Assembly: GCA_050951325.1 (NCBI GenBank)
Contig: JBMNIW010000004.1
Coordinates: forward strand, 32,001-96,000
Length of the DNA: 64,000 nt
DNA from: Clostridia bacterium
GTDB lineage: Bacteria > Bacillota > Clostridia > UBA1212 > DUPL01
Reading direction: 5' to 3'
Shown here: positions 50,194 to 60,663 of the stretch, piece by piece
Layout: each line of letters starts with the position of its first letter
Position numbering within the stretch: the stretch's first letter is position 1
Program-made: the position numbers and the translations under genes
Notes under the pieces: model-generated
Told to the model about the DNA's origin: nothing
The model's input: the letters and a program-made list of their open reading frames with translations, nothing else
The model's database searches: none

Positions 50194-51708
50194 TCATATC
50201 TTTTGTATTGGACGTTGGGGAAATTTGTTAAGATAGAAAAGCGATGCAACCAGAAAGCCGCAAATGCATGACAGTCCTCCAGCCAACATCCATCCATAAT
50301 GATATTTTTTTAAATACTCTAAAAAGAAGGTGCCAGCCGAGAATATGACAATTGCAGGCAGCATGGGTTTAAGCAGCCACTCTCTCAGATCAAGAAACAT
50401 CCGGGTTTGATAAACGAGATATAGAATATCTATGGTTGTCATTATCAGCATGCTTGCAAAGGATCCGACAATATATCCGTTAACACCATATATGGGCACT
50501 ACAAACCATACAAAACTAATCCTGACTATATATCCCACTGTTGTGCTGAAAAGAGCATATCCCTGTTTCCCAAGGCCGTTCAGAATTCCCATCATTGTCT
50601 GCTGAAGATAAAGGAGTATGCATAGCCAGGACATGTTTTTCAATATGCTTCCCACATCCTGACCTTTGTATAAAAAATCTCCAATATAATCTCCGAAGGT
50701 GTAGAACAGGGAAAAACATGCAAATCCAAGGAGGAAACTTAATTTTATGCACCTGGATATCCTGAGATTTGCCAGCTTGTGTCTTTTCAAGGACAAAGCC
50801 TGGGATATGGCAGGTACCAATTGGGTTGCAAGAGCTGAGGTGATTACTGTTGGAAAGTATATTAAAGGACTTGCCATGCCGGAAAGTCTTCCCAACGCTT
50901 CAATACTTGACTTGTAGTCAAGTCCGCCTGCCAGAAACCTTGCAGGCAAAAGGATGGCCTCCACCGCCCCCATAATTGAAGTAAGCAGCCTGTTTATTGA
51001 TACGGGGATCGATCTTTTTGCAATAACGATTGCTGTCTTTCTTCTTGAAAGGGTTGCTGATTTTAAATATGGCTTTTTTGTTTCCTTGTAGAAAACACAA
51101 CCTACCACCAATAGGTTGGCCATTTCCCCAATGGCTGCCGATACCGTTGCAAGAGCGCAGGCATAGGCCAGATCCTGCCCTGCAATCTTTACAGCCAAAA
51201 CAAAAATAACCCCAATCCTCACAATTTGTTCAACCACTTGGGATATGGCAGTGGGGGTTACATGCATGGAGCCGTAAAAATATCCTCTAATACTTGAAGC
51301 TGCTGCCACAATAGGTATGCAGGGAGCCAGAAGGACCAGGGAAAGATAAGTTCTTTCATCCCCCAATATGTTCACTGCAATATATTTTGCAAACAAAACT
51401 AGAAGACCGCTTATTAACAAACCAAGACTAAGAAGAAAGGCAAATCCTGTTTTTGCGATTCTAAGAGCGTTTTTCTCATTGCCTCTCGCCCTTTCCTGCG
51501 CTGTCATGCTGGATACGGATATAGATACACCTGACGTAAGCGTAAGAATAATGAGACTGTAGACAGGGGATGTCAGTTGAAAAAGCCCCATACCTTCTGC
51601 CCCAATCAGGTTTGACATGAATATTCTGTTTGCAAATCCCATCAACCTGACAATAAAGCCTGCGATAATCAGCTTGACGGCTCCGGTTTTGTATGTTTCC
51701 TTGCGCAT
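50194..51708 (-). CDS. spoVB: SpoVB-like MOP family flippase
   Basis: [17 protein letters not shown] and [10 protein letters not shown] motifs; multiple TMs. Confidence 0.8.
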   Translation of the reverse strand: MRKETYKTGAVKLIIAGFIVRLMGFANRIFMSNLIGAEGMGLFQLTSPVYSLIILTLTSGVSISVSSMTAQERARGNEKNALRIAKTGFAFLLSLGLLISGLLVLFAKYIAVNILGDERTYLSLVLLAPCIPIVAAASSIRGYFYGSMHVTPTAISQVVEQIVRIGVIFVLAVKIAGQDLAYACALATVSAAIGEMANLLVVGCVFYKETKKPYLKSATLSRRKTAIVIAKRSIPVSINRLLTSIMGAVEAILLPARFLAGGLDYKSSIEALGRLSGMASPLIYFPTVITSALATQLVPAISQALSLKRHKLANLRISRCIKLSFLLGFACFSLFYTFGDYIGDFLYKGQDVGSILKNMSWLCILLYLQQTMMGILNGLGKQGYALFSTTVGYIVRISFVWFVVPIYGVNGYIVGSFASMLIMTTIDILYLVYQTRMFLDLREWLLKPMLPAIVIFSAGTFFLEYLKKYHYGWMLAGGLSCICGFLVASLFYLNKFPQRPIQKI

Positions 51709-51744
51709 GTGACCAATCCATAAAAACAAGATTCTCTATAATTC

Positions 51745-52854
51745 TTATGCACTGGTCTTCTCTTTATTACTCCTTGAATAAATCCAAGCTATAACCAATC
51801 CTGCAAAGAAACCTCCGAAATGGCCGTAGTTGTCTATACCTTCAACGAACAATCCGTATAACAGATTGAAGGCAATCATGTATGCAAAAATGAAATAGTT
51901 CCCTCTTCTTCTAAAGAGATATCCCTTCTTTGAAAAGAACATCGCATATATTAAAAATCCTCCTAGCCCCATTATGCAGCCTGATGCGCCCAATGAAAGG
52001 TAGGTTGTAAAGAAATATGACAATATATTGCCTGAAAGTCCTGAAACAAAGTACAGAACAAGAAACTTCTTCTTGGGCAAATGAGGTAAAATTATATTGC
52101 CAAAATAGTAAAGAGACAGCATGTTTCCTGCCAAATGTGCAATATCCGCATGCAGGAACATGGAGGTAACAAGCCTCCACGTCTCTCCATTCCTTATTAA
52201 TTCATTATTCTGTATGCCCAATTCTGTTAGAGGCATCACACCTGATTTAAAGTAGATGTAGCCGTCAACAAGAAAAATGAATAAATTTACGAGAATCAGG
52301 ACAAATGCAACATTAAACAGACCGACTTTCGCAAGCGGCCTTAATTCACTCTGCATTTGGACATATTCTCTTTTCTGCTTGTCCAGCGTATCATCAATGC
52401 TGGAGGTTTTAAGATTATCCAGACTTCTTTCAAGAGCTTTTCTTAATTTTCTGTCCATGGGTTTTCTGCCCGTCATTGTGGAGTAGGACAGATTGTCCGA
52501 ATCTACAAAGATTGCTTCACACAGAAGACCCCGTTCATAACATTCGTCAAATTTGTCTGACAAAGCATGTTTGAATTCTTCGACAAGCATCTTTTCACCT
52601 GTGATCAGAAAATAAAAGAAAACATTTTTTGACTGCGGTGTATACATGATACTGTCGATTAATCTGTCAAGATTAAAAATGACTAAATCAGATGTGATTT
52701 CTCTTGCATTTAAAGTATATACAATAGACTCCGCACCCAATTCCCTTTTATATAACATCGGGTTTCCCGATTTGTCATCTATATAGCCAGCATTATTTAT
52801 TAGCGACAGCGAAACAAGCTTTAAAATGTTTGCAGACTTATCCGCGTCGTACAT
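51745..52854 (-). CDS. Rhomboid family intramembrane serine protease with soluble N-terminal domain
   Basis: WRLVTSMFLH, HL..N, GASG and H.GG motifs. Confidence 0.92.
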   Translation of the reverse strand: MYDADKSANILKLVSLSLINNAGYIDDKSGNPMLYKRELGAESIVYTLNAREITSDLVIFNLDRLIDSIMYTPQSKNVFFYFLITGEKMLVEEFKHALSDKFDECYERGLLCEAIFVDSDNLSYSTMTGRKPMDRKLRKALERSLDNLKTSSIDDTLDKQKREYVQMQSELRPLAKVGLFNVAFVLILVNLFIFLVDGYIYFKSGVMPLTELGIQNNELIRNGETWRLVTSMFLHADIAHLAGNMLSLYYFGNIILPHLPKKKFLVLYFVSGLSGNILSYFFTTYLSLGASGCIMGLGGFLIYAMFFSKKGYLFRRRGNYFIFAYMIAFNLLYGLFVEGIDNYGHFGGFFAGLVIAWIYSRSNKEKTSA

Positions 52855-53320
52855 AACCTCCGCCTCTTTTGCTTTCTGTGCTTTTTCTTAGAGCGCTTAG
52901 TTTCTCATCGCTGTCTTTCATGAATTTGTTCAACTTGTCTTCAAAGGAACTGCTGTCTTTGGAAGACTCGTACACAGGAGGCTGAGAATAAAGCAAGTTT
53001 CCTTTGCTCTGAAAATTGCCTTTGTTTTGCTTTCTTTCCTGTTTCTTGTACTCCCTCTTGATACTCTTTGGTATCTCTCCCTGTTCCAGTTCAAGATAAC
53101 GTTTCAAAGACAAACTCAATTTTCCGTCCTTTTCAACTGAAAGGGCAACAGCTTTCACTGTCTGTCCCACTTTTAAGTAATCATTAATGTCACTTACGTA
53201 ACCTGTTGAAATTTCAGATATGTGTATCAGACCTGTAGTTCCATCCTGGATTTGAACAAAGGCACCAAATGCTGTGATACCCGTAACTTTCCCTTCTACA
53301 ATGTCATTGACATTTACCAT
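52838..53320 (-). CDS. S1 RNA-binding domain protein (YabR-like)
   Basis: GKVTGIT.FGAFV, GLIHISE and FEDKL.KFMKDS motifs. Confidence 0.9.
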   Translation of the reverse strand: MVNVNDIVEGKVTGITAFGAFVQIQDGTTGLIHISEISTGYVSDINDYLKVGQTVKAVALSVEKDGKLSLSLKRYLELEQGEIPKSIKREYKKQERKQNKGNFQSKGNLLYSQPPVYESSKDSSSFEDKLNKFMKDSDEKLSALRKSTESKRGGGYVRRG

Positions 53321-53340
53321 AAAATAAATAAGACCTCCTG

Positions 53341-53610
53341 CTATTTTTCATTAATAAAAACTATTTCGTCTTTTTTTACATAGCCCAGCTTTTCTCTGGC
53401 TTTCCTTTCAATATATTCATAGGTGCCTATCATCTCCTGCTCTTCCTTCAGCTTGTCGTTGTATTCAGTTTCAGCCTGGATTTGCTCCTGCATGTCATGA
53501 TAGTTCTTCATGTTCCTATCCAAAATGCTTTGCTGGCTAAGCAGTATCACTATTAGATTGACAATTATGCCTATAAATATAATGTTTCTGAGATTAAACA
53601 GTTTTTTCAT
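53341..53610 (-). CDS. divIC: Septum formation initiator DivIC/FtsB family
   Basis: TM, coiled coil, YIERKAREKLGYVKKDE; yabP-yabQ-divIC-yabR synteny. Confidence 0.85.
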   Translation of the reverse strand: MKKLFNLRNIIFIGIIVNLIVILLSQQSILDRNMKNYHDMQEQIQAETEYNDKLKEEQEMIGTYEYIERKAREKLGYVKKDEIVFINEK

Positions 53611-53745
53611 AACCATTACCTCATCTTTTCTTTGGTATACCGGTATTATATATTGTTTTATTATCAAGGTCTAGTACCTTTTTTATTAATTCAACAACTT
53701 TATGGACATATTAGCACAACAGGATATAATTGGCAACACCTGTTA

Positions 53746-54195
53746 TTATTTTTCTTTTGAATTCTTTCTTTTTTCAAACATCTTTTTTATCTTTGCTACC
53801 AGCCTAACAGGTGCTGACAATATTTTAAACAAAAGATAAATTATCCAAAACAGTATTTTATTAATAATCTGAGATATCAATGCCCAATATATTAGAATGC
53901 CACACACCAGACCAAGTATCATAAAGCCTCTTATTTCGCCGTCGTTGAATACCACCACGACAAAAATGAAAATGGCAAACGCCAAAAGCGCAAACAACAC
54001 ATCCTCTATATGGACAGCATAAGTTACCTCTTTGTAAGCTGTTTTGGTTGCTTTGCGGACTGCCCTGAAAAAATCAAAAAGAAGCGCAATAACACCTCCG
54101 GCAGCCATCATGATTAAAAACAGCTCAAGAGATCTGCCAATCATCAAACCTTCATTCAAAGCGTTTCCTGCACTCACCAGAAAAATAGTATTCAT
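53746..54195 (-). CDS. yabQ: Spore cortex biosynthesis protein YabQ
   Basis: LFDFFR, IED.LF and N.GEIRGF...G...G motifs; downstream of yabP. Confidence 0.85.
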   Translation of the reverse strand: MNTIFLVSAGNALNEGLMIGRSLELFLIMMAAGGVIALLFDFFRAVRKATKTAYKEVTYAVHIEDVLFALLAFAIFIFVVVVFNDGEIRGFMILGLVCGILIYWALISQIINKILFWIIYLLFKILSAPVRLVAKIKKMFEKRKNSKEK

Positions 54196-54482
54196 CTGAA
54201 CATGGAGGCAAATACGCCTTTACCCTTTCCTTTCTTTTTGTCGTCATACTCAAGACTGTAAACAAAGCCGGTAACCACCAGATCATGATGCTCAAGACTA
54301 AGCTTGCCTATCTTTAACCCCTCTCCTCTTACAAGCATCTTTCCAAGCTCGGTTTCCAATGCCACATATGTATCATCAAAACCGTAAACGTCAAGAACTC
54401 CTGATATTCTGAGACGTTCCCTGTTATCCATAGAAACATTGTGTCCCGTTGTATTTGCCAGGATTTTTCTCTCCTCTGCCAT
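54192..54482 (-). CDS. yabP: Sporulation protein YabP
   Basis: H...M.NRE.L.ISGV.DV..FD and LETELG...VRGEGL motifs. Confidence 0.9.
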   Translation of the reverse strand: MAEERKILANTTGHNVSMDNRERLRISGVLDVYGFDDTYVALETELGKMLVRGEGLKIGKLSLEHHDLVVTGFVYSLEYDDKKKGKGKGVFASMFR

Positions 54483-54499
54483 ATGCCTCACCTCAACCA

Positions 54500-54528
54500 A
54501 TAATATGCTTGAAATTTGTCCTTTATTC
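54500..54528 (-). promoter_or_regulatory. sigmaE-like promoter of yabP
   Basis: GAATAAA-14-CATATTAT matches the sigmaE consensus; yabPQ is sigmaE-dependent in B. subtilis. Confidence 0.7.
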
Positions 54529-54590
54529 TTTTATTCTTTTGTGTTATACTTCTTTTTGCATGTGGAGAATAATACGAGAGGTGTATATAG

Positions 54591-56375
54591 ATGGCTCGTA
54601 AAACGCGAATTGAGCTGAATGATTTTGATGAAATTATAAATGACGAAAGATATATTATAGATAAAGAAGCCAAGAAAGAAAAAAGAAGAGAAAAAAGGGA
54701 GAAAAGAAGGCTTATCGCCGAATACGACAAGGATGATTTGATTGGCAAAGCAGAACGCAAGCACAAGGCGACTATAATTAGTTTGATAGCAGCAGGTAGT
54801 CTTGTTATCATCTTCTTTATAACCACTATAATAATCTCAGCCACTCTTAACAAGGGAGAGGTTTATGCAGGCGTATATTTCAACAACTACAGCCTTTATG
54901 GAATGACAAAGAAAGAAATTGAAGACTATATTAACAAAACATATATAGATCCATTTAAAAACAAAAAGCTCATAATCTCTTACGAAGACAAGGAAATTGT
55001 AACAACACTTTACGATGTTACCAAAACACCGGACCCTAAAAAGGTTGCTGATGACGCATATAAGGTAGCTAGAAACGGAAACATCTATTCACGATTGTTC
55101 AAAGTCATGAACTTGAAGTCGGAACCGGTCAAAATGAAATTTACTCTTTCTTTGGACAAGGAGATACTGGAACAGCTCATAAACAATCTGAAAGACGAAC
55201 TGTATGAGGCAAAAGAAGACCCCAGCTACAAGATACTGCCAAACTCAGTAGTTTTCAGGGGTGGAAAAAACGGCAGTGAAATGAATCAGTTGAAACTTGA
55301 AAACGACATAAACGATGCGATTTACGAACTATTGGAAACAAAAAACGGCACCAGTGTTGAAAAGGTTGTTGTGGAAATATCAACAATCAAATTCAAACCA
55401 TTGAATGTTGATGAAATATTCAACGAGGTTTATGTTAAACCTGTTGATTCCACTTATGACAGAATATCACCAAAAGAAATACTTATAACTGATTCCACAC
55501 CTGGTAAAAAACTGGACAGAGATGCTCTTAATAATATAGTAAGCAGAATAAACAAGGGCGAAAACGTCATATTTGAAGAGTTGCCAATACTGGATGTTGA
55601 ACCTGAAATAACGAGGGAATTCCTTGAAAGCACTCTGGTAAACTACACTATCGCCACCTCTTCCAACAAGAATAATAACAATGACGACATGACCGACCCT
55701 GCTAGAATGGAAGACAGAGCTACTAATATTCAAAAATGTGTGGATGCACTGAATCGCTACATCCTTTTCCCTGGCGAAGAGTTCAACTTCTGGGAAGCTT
55801 TGGGCACCTTCAACGAAAGCACAGGTTACGTATATGCTTTCGACAACTCCGCAGCTGCGGAACAAAAGGTCTTGGGCGGTGGCATTTCCCAAGTTGCTTC
55901 CGCACTTTACCTGGCAGCCTTTACAAGCGAGCTTGAAATAGTGGAGCACCACAACTATCCGTATACAGTAAACTATGGTCCTCTTGGTTTTGACGCACAT
56001 GTTGTAAAAGGATCAAAGAACCTGATATTTAAAAACACACTGGAGTTTCCAATAAGGATTGTTTGCTCCTATGAGGATGAAACGATAAAGGTAGAGATAC
56101 TCGGAACCGATACAAACAGCAATGTACGCATAAGAACAAGCTCTACAACAAAGGCAATAAGCTATGATACGGAATACATTGATGATCCAAACCTGCCTGA
56201 AGGTACTGAGTTTATCACAAAAGGCGGCATAATGGGCTACGAGGTTCAGCTGTTCAAGAGAATAATTATGAATGGAGTGGAACTCCTAAGCGAGCATATT
56301 GGAACTGTCGTATACCAGCCAAGAAATCAGGTAATCACAAGAGGAACAGGACAAATCGAAGATATTGAAGAATAG
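54591..56375 (+). CDS. VanW family protein (TM + peptidoglycan-binding repeats + VanW + G5)
   Basis: R.TNI, PGEEFNF, GGGISQVAS.LY and L.FKN motifs; C-terminal G5-like region. Confidence 0.87.
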   Translation: MARKTRIELNDFDEIINDERYIIDKEAKKEKRREKREKRRLIAEYDKDDLIGKAERKHKATIISLIAAGSLVIIFFITTIIISATLNKGEVYAGVYFNNYSLYGMTKKEIEDYINKTYIDPFKNKKLIISYEDKEIVTTLYDVTKTPDPKKVADDAYKVARNGNIYSRLFKVMNLKSEPVKMKFTLSLDKEILEQLINNLKDELYEAKEDPSYKILPNSVVFRGGKNGSEMNQLKLENDINDAIYELLETKNGTSVEKVVVEISTIKFKPLNVDEIFNEVYVKPVDSTYDRISPKEILITDSTPGKKLDRDALNNIVSRINKGENVIFEELPILDVEPEITREFLESTLVNYTIATSSNKNNNNDDMTDPARMEDRATNIQKCVDALNRYILFPGEEFNFWEALGTFNESTGYVYAFDNSAAAEQKVLGGGISQVASALYLAAFTSELEIVEHHNYPYTVNYGPLGFDAHVVKGSKNLIFKNTLEFPIRIVCSYEDETIKVEILGTDTNSNVRIRTSSTTKAISYDTEYIDDPNLPEGTEFITKGGIMGYEVQLFKRIIMNGVELLSEHIGTVVYQPRNQVITRGTGQIEDIEE

Positions 56376-56407
56376 GAGCCTAATTCGGCTCCTTTACTTT
56401 TGACATA

Positions 56408-56433
56408 TAAAAAAGCCCACTTGCTGTGAGCTT
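56408..56433 (-). terminator. Terminator after rpmE
   Basis: AAGCTCAC-AGCAA-GTGGGCTT-TTTTA on the minus strand. Confidence 0.65.
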
Positions 56434-56444
56434 GATTATATCTC

Positions 56445-56642
56445 TTAGAATCCATATCTCTTGTTGAATTTTTCAACACGTCCACCAGTATCCACCAGTT
56501 TCGCCTTACCCGTATAGAAAGGATGGCACTTTGAGCATATCTCAACGCTAATATTTTCTCTAGTTGATAAAGTGGAAAAGGATTCTCCACATGCACATTT
56601 CGCAACTGTCTCTATTAGATTAGGATGAATGTTCTTTTTCAT
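56445..56642 (-). CDS. rpmE: 50S ribosomal protein L31 (Zn-binding type)
   Basis: [21 protein letters not shown] and GGRVEKF motifs. Confidence 0.97.
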   Translation of the reverse strand: MKKNIHPNLIETVAKCACGESFSTLSTRENISVEICSKCHPFYTGKAKLVDTGGRVEKFNKRYGF

Positions 56643-56768
56643 TTTTGTCACCTTCCTTCATACTCATTGCTGCATGCCATATTTTTGGACAACATAGTGT
56701 ATTATACCATGTTGCAATGTTATGTGCAATACTTGATATTTAAATAATTTCAGCAAAAATGGAATTTC

Positions 56769-58472
56769 TTAATACTTGTAACTGTCATTGAATGATGTAT
56801 TTATCATCTTTATAAACTCAACATTGGTCTTTGTTTGCATAAGTTTGTTTATCAACATCTCGGTAACATCGGCCGTGCCCAGGTTGGCCATTGCCTTCCT
56901 TACCGTATAAATTGCGTTCAGTTCACTCTCTGATAACAGAAGTTCTTCCCTTCGTGTACCTGACTTGTTTATATCAATGGCAGGGAAAATACGTTTTTCA
57001 GAAAGTTTTCTATCCAAGTGCAGCTCCATGTTTCCTGTTCCCTTGAACTCCTCGAAAATCACATCGTCAAGACGGCTGCCCGTTTCAATCAAGGCAGTAG
57101 CTACTATGGTCAGACTTCCTCCTTCACGCAGGTTCCTCGCAGAACCAAAAAACTTCTTTGGTTTGAACAATGCTCCAGGATCCAATCCACCTGACAGGGA
57201 CCTACCCGTAGGTGTAATTGTCAGGTTGTATGCCCTTGATAGCCTTGTCAGGCTGTCAAGAAGAACAATTACATCCTTGCCGTGTTCAACAAGCCTTTGA
57301 GCGCGTTCCAAAACCATTTCCGCCACTTTTATGTGTCTTTCAGGCATTTCGTCAAATGTAGAGGAAATAACCTCACCCTTTACAGACTCTTTCATATCCG
57401 TAACTTCTTCAGGTCTTTCGTCTATAAGCAGCACAATAAGTTCCATCTCGGGATAATTGACAGAAACCGCATTGGCAATCTTCTTGAGCAGAACAGTTTT
57501 TCCCGCCTTGGGCGGTGAAACAATTATTCCCCTCTGCCCTTTGCCTATTGGCGCTATTAAGTCGATTAGACGTGTGGACAATTCGTTCGAATCTGTTTCC
57601 AATACAATTTTTGAATCCGGATATATGGGAGTAAGCTTGTCAAAAGATTTTCTTTTTGACATCGATTCAGGTGGAAATCCATTTATCGAATTGATATAGT
57701 ACAAAGCCTGATATTTTTCGTTATCCTTCTGGAATCTGCTCTTCCCTATAATCCTGTCTCCTGTTCTCAGATTAAATCTTTTGATGTAAACAGGGGAAAC
57801 GTATACGTCCTTGCTACCGGATACATAACTGCCGATTCTTAGGAATCCGTAATTGTCAGGCAAAATGTCAAGAATACCATCAACATCATTGTCTGAATGT
57901 GGATCATATTTCGTTTTGTTGTTTTCCTGTCTTCCGTTTACAGGTTCATTAGTTGATTCCTGCGTGTCTTCAACGATTTGTGTAGATTTTTCTTCTTCCT
58001 TTGATTCTTCTTTTTCCACGGCTTCGGTTACTACCTTCTCAGTTTCTTCAGTTTTCTTGGATTCATCCTCTTTAATGGTGTCGGCACTTTGTGCAGCACC
58101 ATTTCTTCTGAAAACTACAGCAGGCTCAAACTTTTTGAAGGTTATCTCCGGTTCTTTTGTATCATCATCGCTGTTGACAATCTGTCTAGCCAATATCAAA
58201 GGAGCTCTCTCTGGTTTCTTCTCCTTTGGAGGTCTGCCTCTTCTTCTTGGTTTGGCAGTCTCATCTGCTGCAGCTTCAGTCTTCTCCGCTTCTTCTTCAG
58301 GAGGCATGTTTTCCAAAGCAGCAGCTATTTTGCTTTTATAATCCGGAATCTCTTTAATAGCTTCAATGAGACCCGTTTTATTGTATGTTGTGGGTGATTT
58401 CACACCAATTTTTTTCGCAATAATGCGAAGATCCTTTATGTTTTTTTGATGAAGTTCTATATCTTCCATCAA
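56769..58472 (-). CDS. rho: Transcription termination factor Rho with N-terminal low-complexity insertion
   Basis: YGFLR, PPKAGKT, LIDERPEEVTDM and EEFKGTGNME motifs. Confidence 0.97.
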   Translation of the reverse strand: MMEDIELHQKNIKDLRIIAKKIGVKSPTTYNKTGLIEAIKEIPDYKSKIAAALENMPPEEEAEKTEAAADETAKPRRRGRPPKEKKPERAPLILARQIVNSDDDTKEPEITFKKFEPAVVFRRNGAAQSADTIKEDESKKTEETEKVVTEAVEKEESKEEEKSTQIVEDTQESTNEPVNGRQENNKTKYDPHSDNDVDGILDILPDNYGFLRIGSYVSGSKDVYVSPVYIKRFNLRTGDRIIGKSRFQKDNEKYQALYYINSINGFPPESMSKRKSFDKLTPIYPDSKIVLETDSNELSTRLIDLIAPIGKGQRGIIVSPPKAGKTVLLKKIANAVSVNYPEMELIVLLIDERPEEVTDMKESVKGEVISSTFDEMPERHIKVAEMVLERAQRLVEHGKDVIVLLDSLTRLSRAYNLTITPTGRSLSGGLDPGALFKPKKFFGSARNLREGGSLTIVATALIETGSRLDDVIFEEFKGTGNMELHLDRKLSEKRIFPAIDINKSGTRREELLLSESELNAIYTVRKAMANLGTADVTEMLINKLMQTKTNVEFIKMINTSFNDSYKY

Positions 58473-58594
58473 TACACCACCTTATTACATATTTTTTACC
58501 ATATATTTTCCATACTACCATAATAATCAATTTAGGGGGGATAACAAGTCTAACAGATGAAGACCAATTTGAACTGAGCGAATTGCTCATGAAT

Positions 58595-58623
58595 ATAATA
58601 CACAATAATGTAAAAAATGTCAA
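58595..58623 (-). promoter_or_regulatory. sigmaA promoter for rho
   Basis: TTGACA-17-TATTAT with extended -10 TG. Confidence 0.65.
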
Positions 58624-59633
58624 CACGAAAGGTTTCTATGCTTTATACGTATATCATCACCTACAAACTCCAAAAGTTCGAATCCTCCTATTATCCGGGA
58701 TGCAACCCTTTCACCATAAGCGGAGAATATATTCTTTAGACTGAGATTAGTTGAAATTATGGTTTTGCAAATTCTTTTCCTGGACATTAGTTCCCTTGAA
58801 TTTAAAATGTCCAAGAGTTCGGCATATCTCGAACCAGTCTGCCTCTCCGTTCCCAAATCATCTATAATCAGAAGTTCCGCATTTGTCAAAAGTTCATCCA
58901 GCTCAATTGCCTTTTCACGTTCTTCCTCATCCTGCGAGTACTTGGAAGCTATGTTGTCAAACAAATCCGGAGCACTCATGTATACCACTGGAATTCCCTT
59001 TTCAATAAGTGCTATTGCAATGCAGTTGCACATAAAAGTCTTTCCAAGACCTGCTTTCCCTACAAATATAAGATTGTCTGCTTGTTTTGTATGAAAGTTC
59101 CTTACAAATTCCTTGCATCTTGCAAGATTTTTTGCCTGGATTTCACGCGGAGACTCTTTCGCTTTATACCTTTCCACATCTGGTTCGGCAGGATACAAAT
59201 CAAGGTCATAATCTTTAAAAGTTCCACCTGCACGGGTGACATTTGAATCCTTCAAAAGACTTTTTATAAGAAGGCTCTTGAAACAAGAACACCTTGAAGA
59301 ACCGGAATCACTCTTAATATATCCTGTATCCTTACAATACATGCATGTATGAACATTGTCAAGATAATCCGCAGGATAACCACATCTGGAAATTAAAGCT
59401 CTCTTTCTACCTATGGTTTCATTGAGTTTTTGCTTGATTTCGTCTTTTCTGTAATCTCCGTTTATTGCACTCAAACCAAGTCTTATTCCCAGTTTGCGAA
59501 TTTCATCATCAAGGACTGCAATCTGTGGAACCTTGGAAAATATCTCTTCTTTTCTCTTATCAGCAAGGAGCATTGCATTAAATCTTCTTTTCTCGAGTTC
59601 GTCATTGACCTCTTTGTAGATTCTCTTCCTCAT
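58620..59633 (-). CDS. DnaC/DnaI-like helicase loader ATPase
   Basis: CxxC.DTGY..CxC Zn motif; GKAGLGKT, LIIDDLGTE and ISTNL motifs; coupled to the DnaD gene. Confidence 0.9.
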   Translation of the reverse strand: MRKRIYKEVNDELEKRRFNAMLLADKRKEEIFSKVPQIAVLDDEIRKLGIRLGLSAINGDYRKDEIKQKLNETIGRKRALISRCGYPADYLDNVHTCMYCKDTGYIKSDSGSSRCSCFKSLLIKSLLKDSNVTRAGGTFKDYDLDLYPAEPDVERYKAKESPREIQAKNLARCKEFVRNFHTKQADNLIFVGKAGLGKTFMCNCIAIALIEKGIPVVYMSAPDLFDNIASKYSQDEEEREKAIELDELLTNAELLIIDDLGTERQTGSRYAELLDILNSRELMSRKRICKTIISTNLSLKNIFSAYGERVASRIIGGFELLEFVGDDIRIKHRNLSC

Positions 59634-60646
59634 TTAGTCTCCTTTCTTTTGTACAGGTTTTCAAAAAACTCATCGTCATACTGTCTTTCCTCGTAATTTC
59701 TCATTTGAGGAACATCATCCCTATAGCTTGCAGGCTTTGTCTTCCTGCCTTTATCCTGAGCATATTTCTTTCTGCGTTCTTCCTCATAGACATTTATCAT
59801 GTCAACCGTATTCAGTCCGTTCTTGAACCACTCTGTTATCATTGCATCGAATATACGAATTGAAAACTTGGGTCTGCTCGTTGACTTCTTTAAAGCAATC
59901 TCAATTATATCAAAATCATACTTGTATGTATAGAACCACTTGGCTACAATTTCTTCCTCGTACTCGGTAAGATTTCTGCCAAGCCTCAGCTTGTTCGTTA
60001 TCTTCCTTACAAGCTCTCTAAACTTCTCATAGCGCAAGAGGTATTCTTCCACATCCTGCACCGATTTAATGTTTCTCTTTGCCCACTCCTGGGCAACTTT
60101 TCTTATGTACGGCTTTGTCATGACACCATTTGTCTGACAATGCTGGAACAGCATATACATTGCATCAGGACTGAAGCCGTATTGATGAAACCAAAGCTCT
60201 ATTTCAGAATACCAGCTTCCGGGCATCATGCCGCCAAAAAACCTGTCGCTAATCAGCTTTACAACCTGGTTTCTAGCCTGATTTTCATTTAAATCCTCAA
60301 TCTCCACATCATCAGGCATAATGGAAGTTATTTTCCTGTAAAACCTGTTAAGCTCCTTTTGATTTATGTCGCAAACGGCAATGATTCCTCCTTGAACGCT
60401 CATAAGTCCGATTGCTTCTAGTTCAATTAATTTCTCCATCAACACACTTTTGTCTATGCCTAAGGTTTTTGCTATCGCATCTTCCGTATACTCCTGGTTA
60501 AGTTTGGACAAGTAAACGCAGTAAACATATATCTTGACGCCCAAAGGATCAAGACCCGGCAAGTAGTCTGAAAAGAACAAATCGCTTATTGGCGTTTGTT
60601 CGAACATGGGATTGTACGTTTTTTCAATTCTTTTAGGTTTGTCCAA
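59630..60646 (-). CDS. DnaD/DnaB domain replication protein
   Basis: N-terminal winged-helix region and two DnaD-type repeats (YIRKVAQEW; DAMITEW...G). Confidence 0.88.
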   Translation of the reverse strand: MDKPKRIEKTYNPMFEQTPISDLFFSDYLPGLDPLGVKIYVYCVYLSKLNQEYTEDAIAKTLGIDKSVLMEKLIELEAIGLMSVQGGIIAVCDINQKELNRFYRKITSIMPDDVEIEDLNENQARNQVVKLISDRFFGGMMPGSWYSEIELWFHQYGFSPDAMYMLFQHCQTNGVMTKPYIRKVAQEWAKRNIKSVQDVEEYLLRYEKFRELVRKITNKLRLGRNLTEYEEEIVAKWFYTYKYDFDIIEIALKKSTSRPKFSIRIFDAMITEWFKNGLNTVDMINVYEEERRKKYAQDKGRKTKPASYRDDVPQMRNYEERQYDDEFFENLYKRKETK

Positions 60647-60663
60647 AACAATTCTCCTTTATG

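Noticed and set aside
50136-50297. N-terminal extension of the hflX ORF overlapping spoVB
   Set aside because: GGAGG RBS supports ATG 50135; the extension is just open frame
54591-56375. VanW protein as a vancomycin-resistance indicator
   Set aside because: No van ligase or regulator genes; VanW-G5 proteins are common cell-wall proteins
58620-59633. IstB-like ATPase suggesting an IS21 element or prophage
   Set aside because: No IstA transposase, terminal repeats or phage genes; the dnaD-dnaC pair is a chromosomal arrangement in Clostridia
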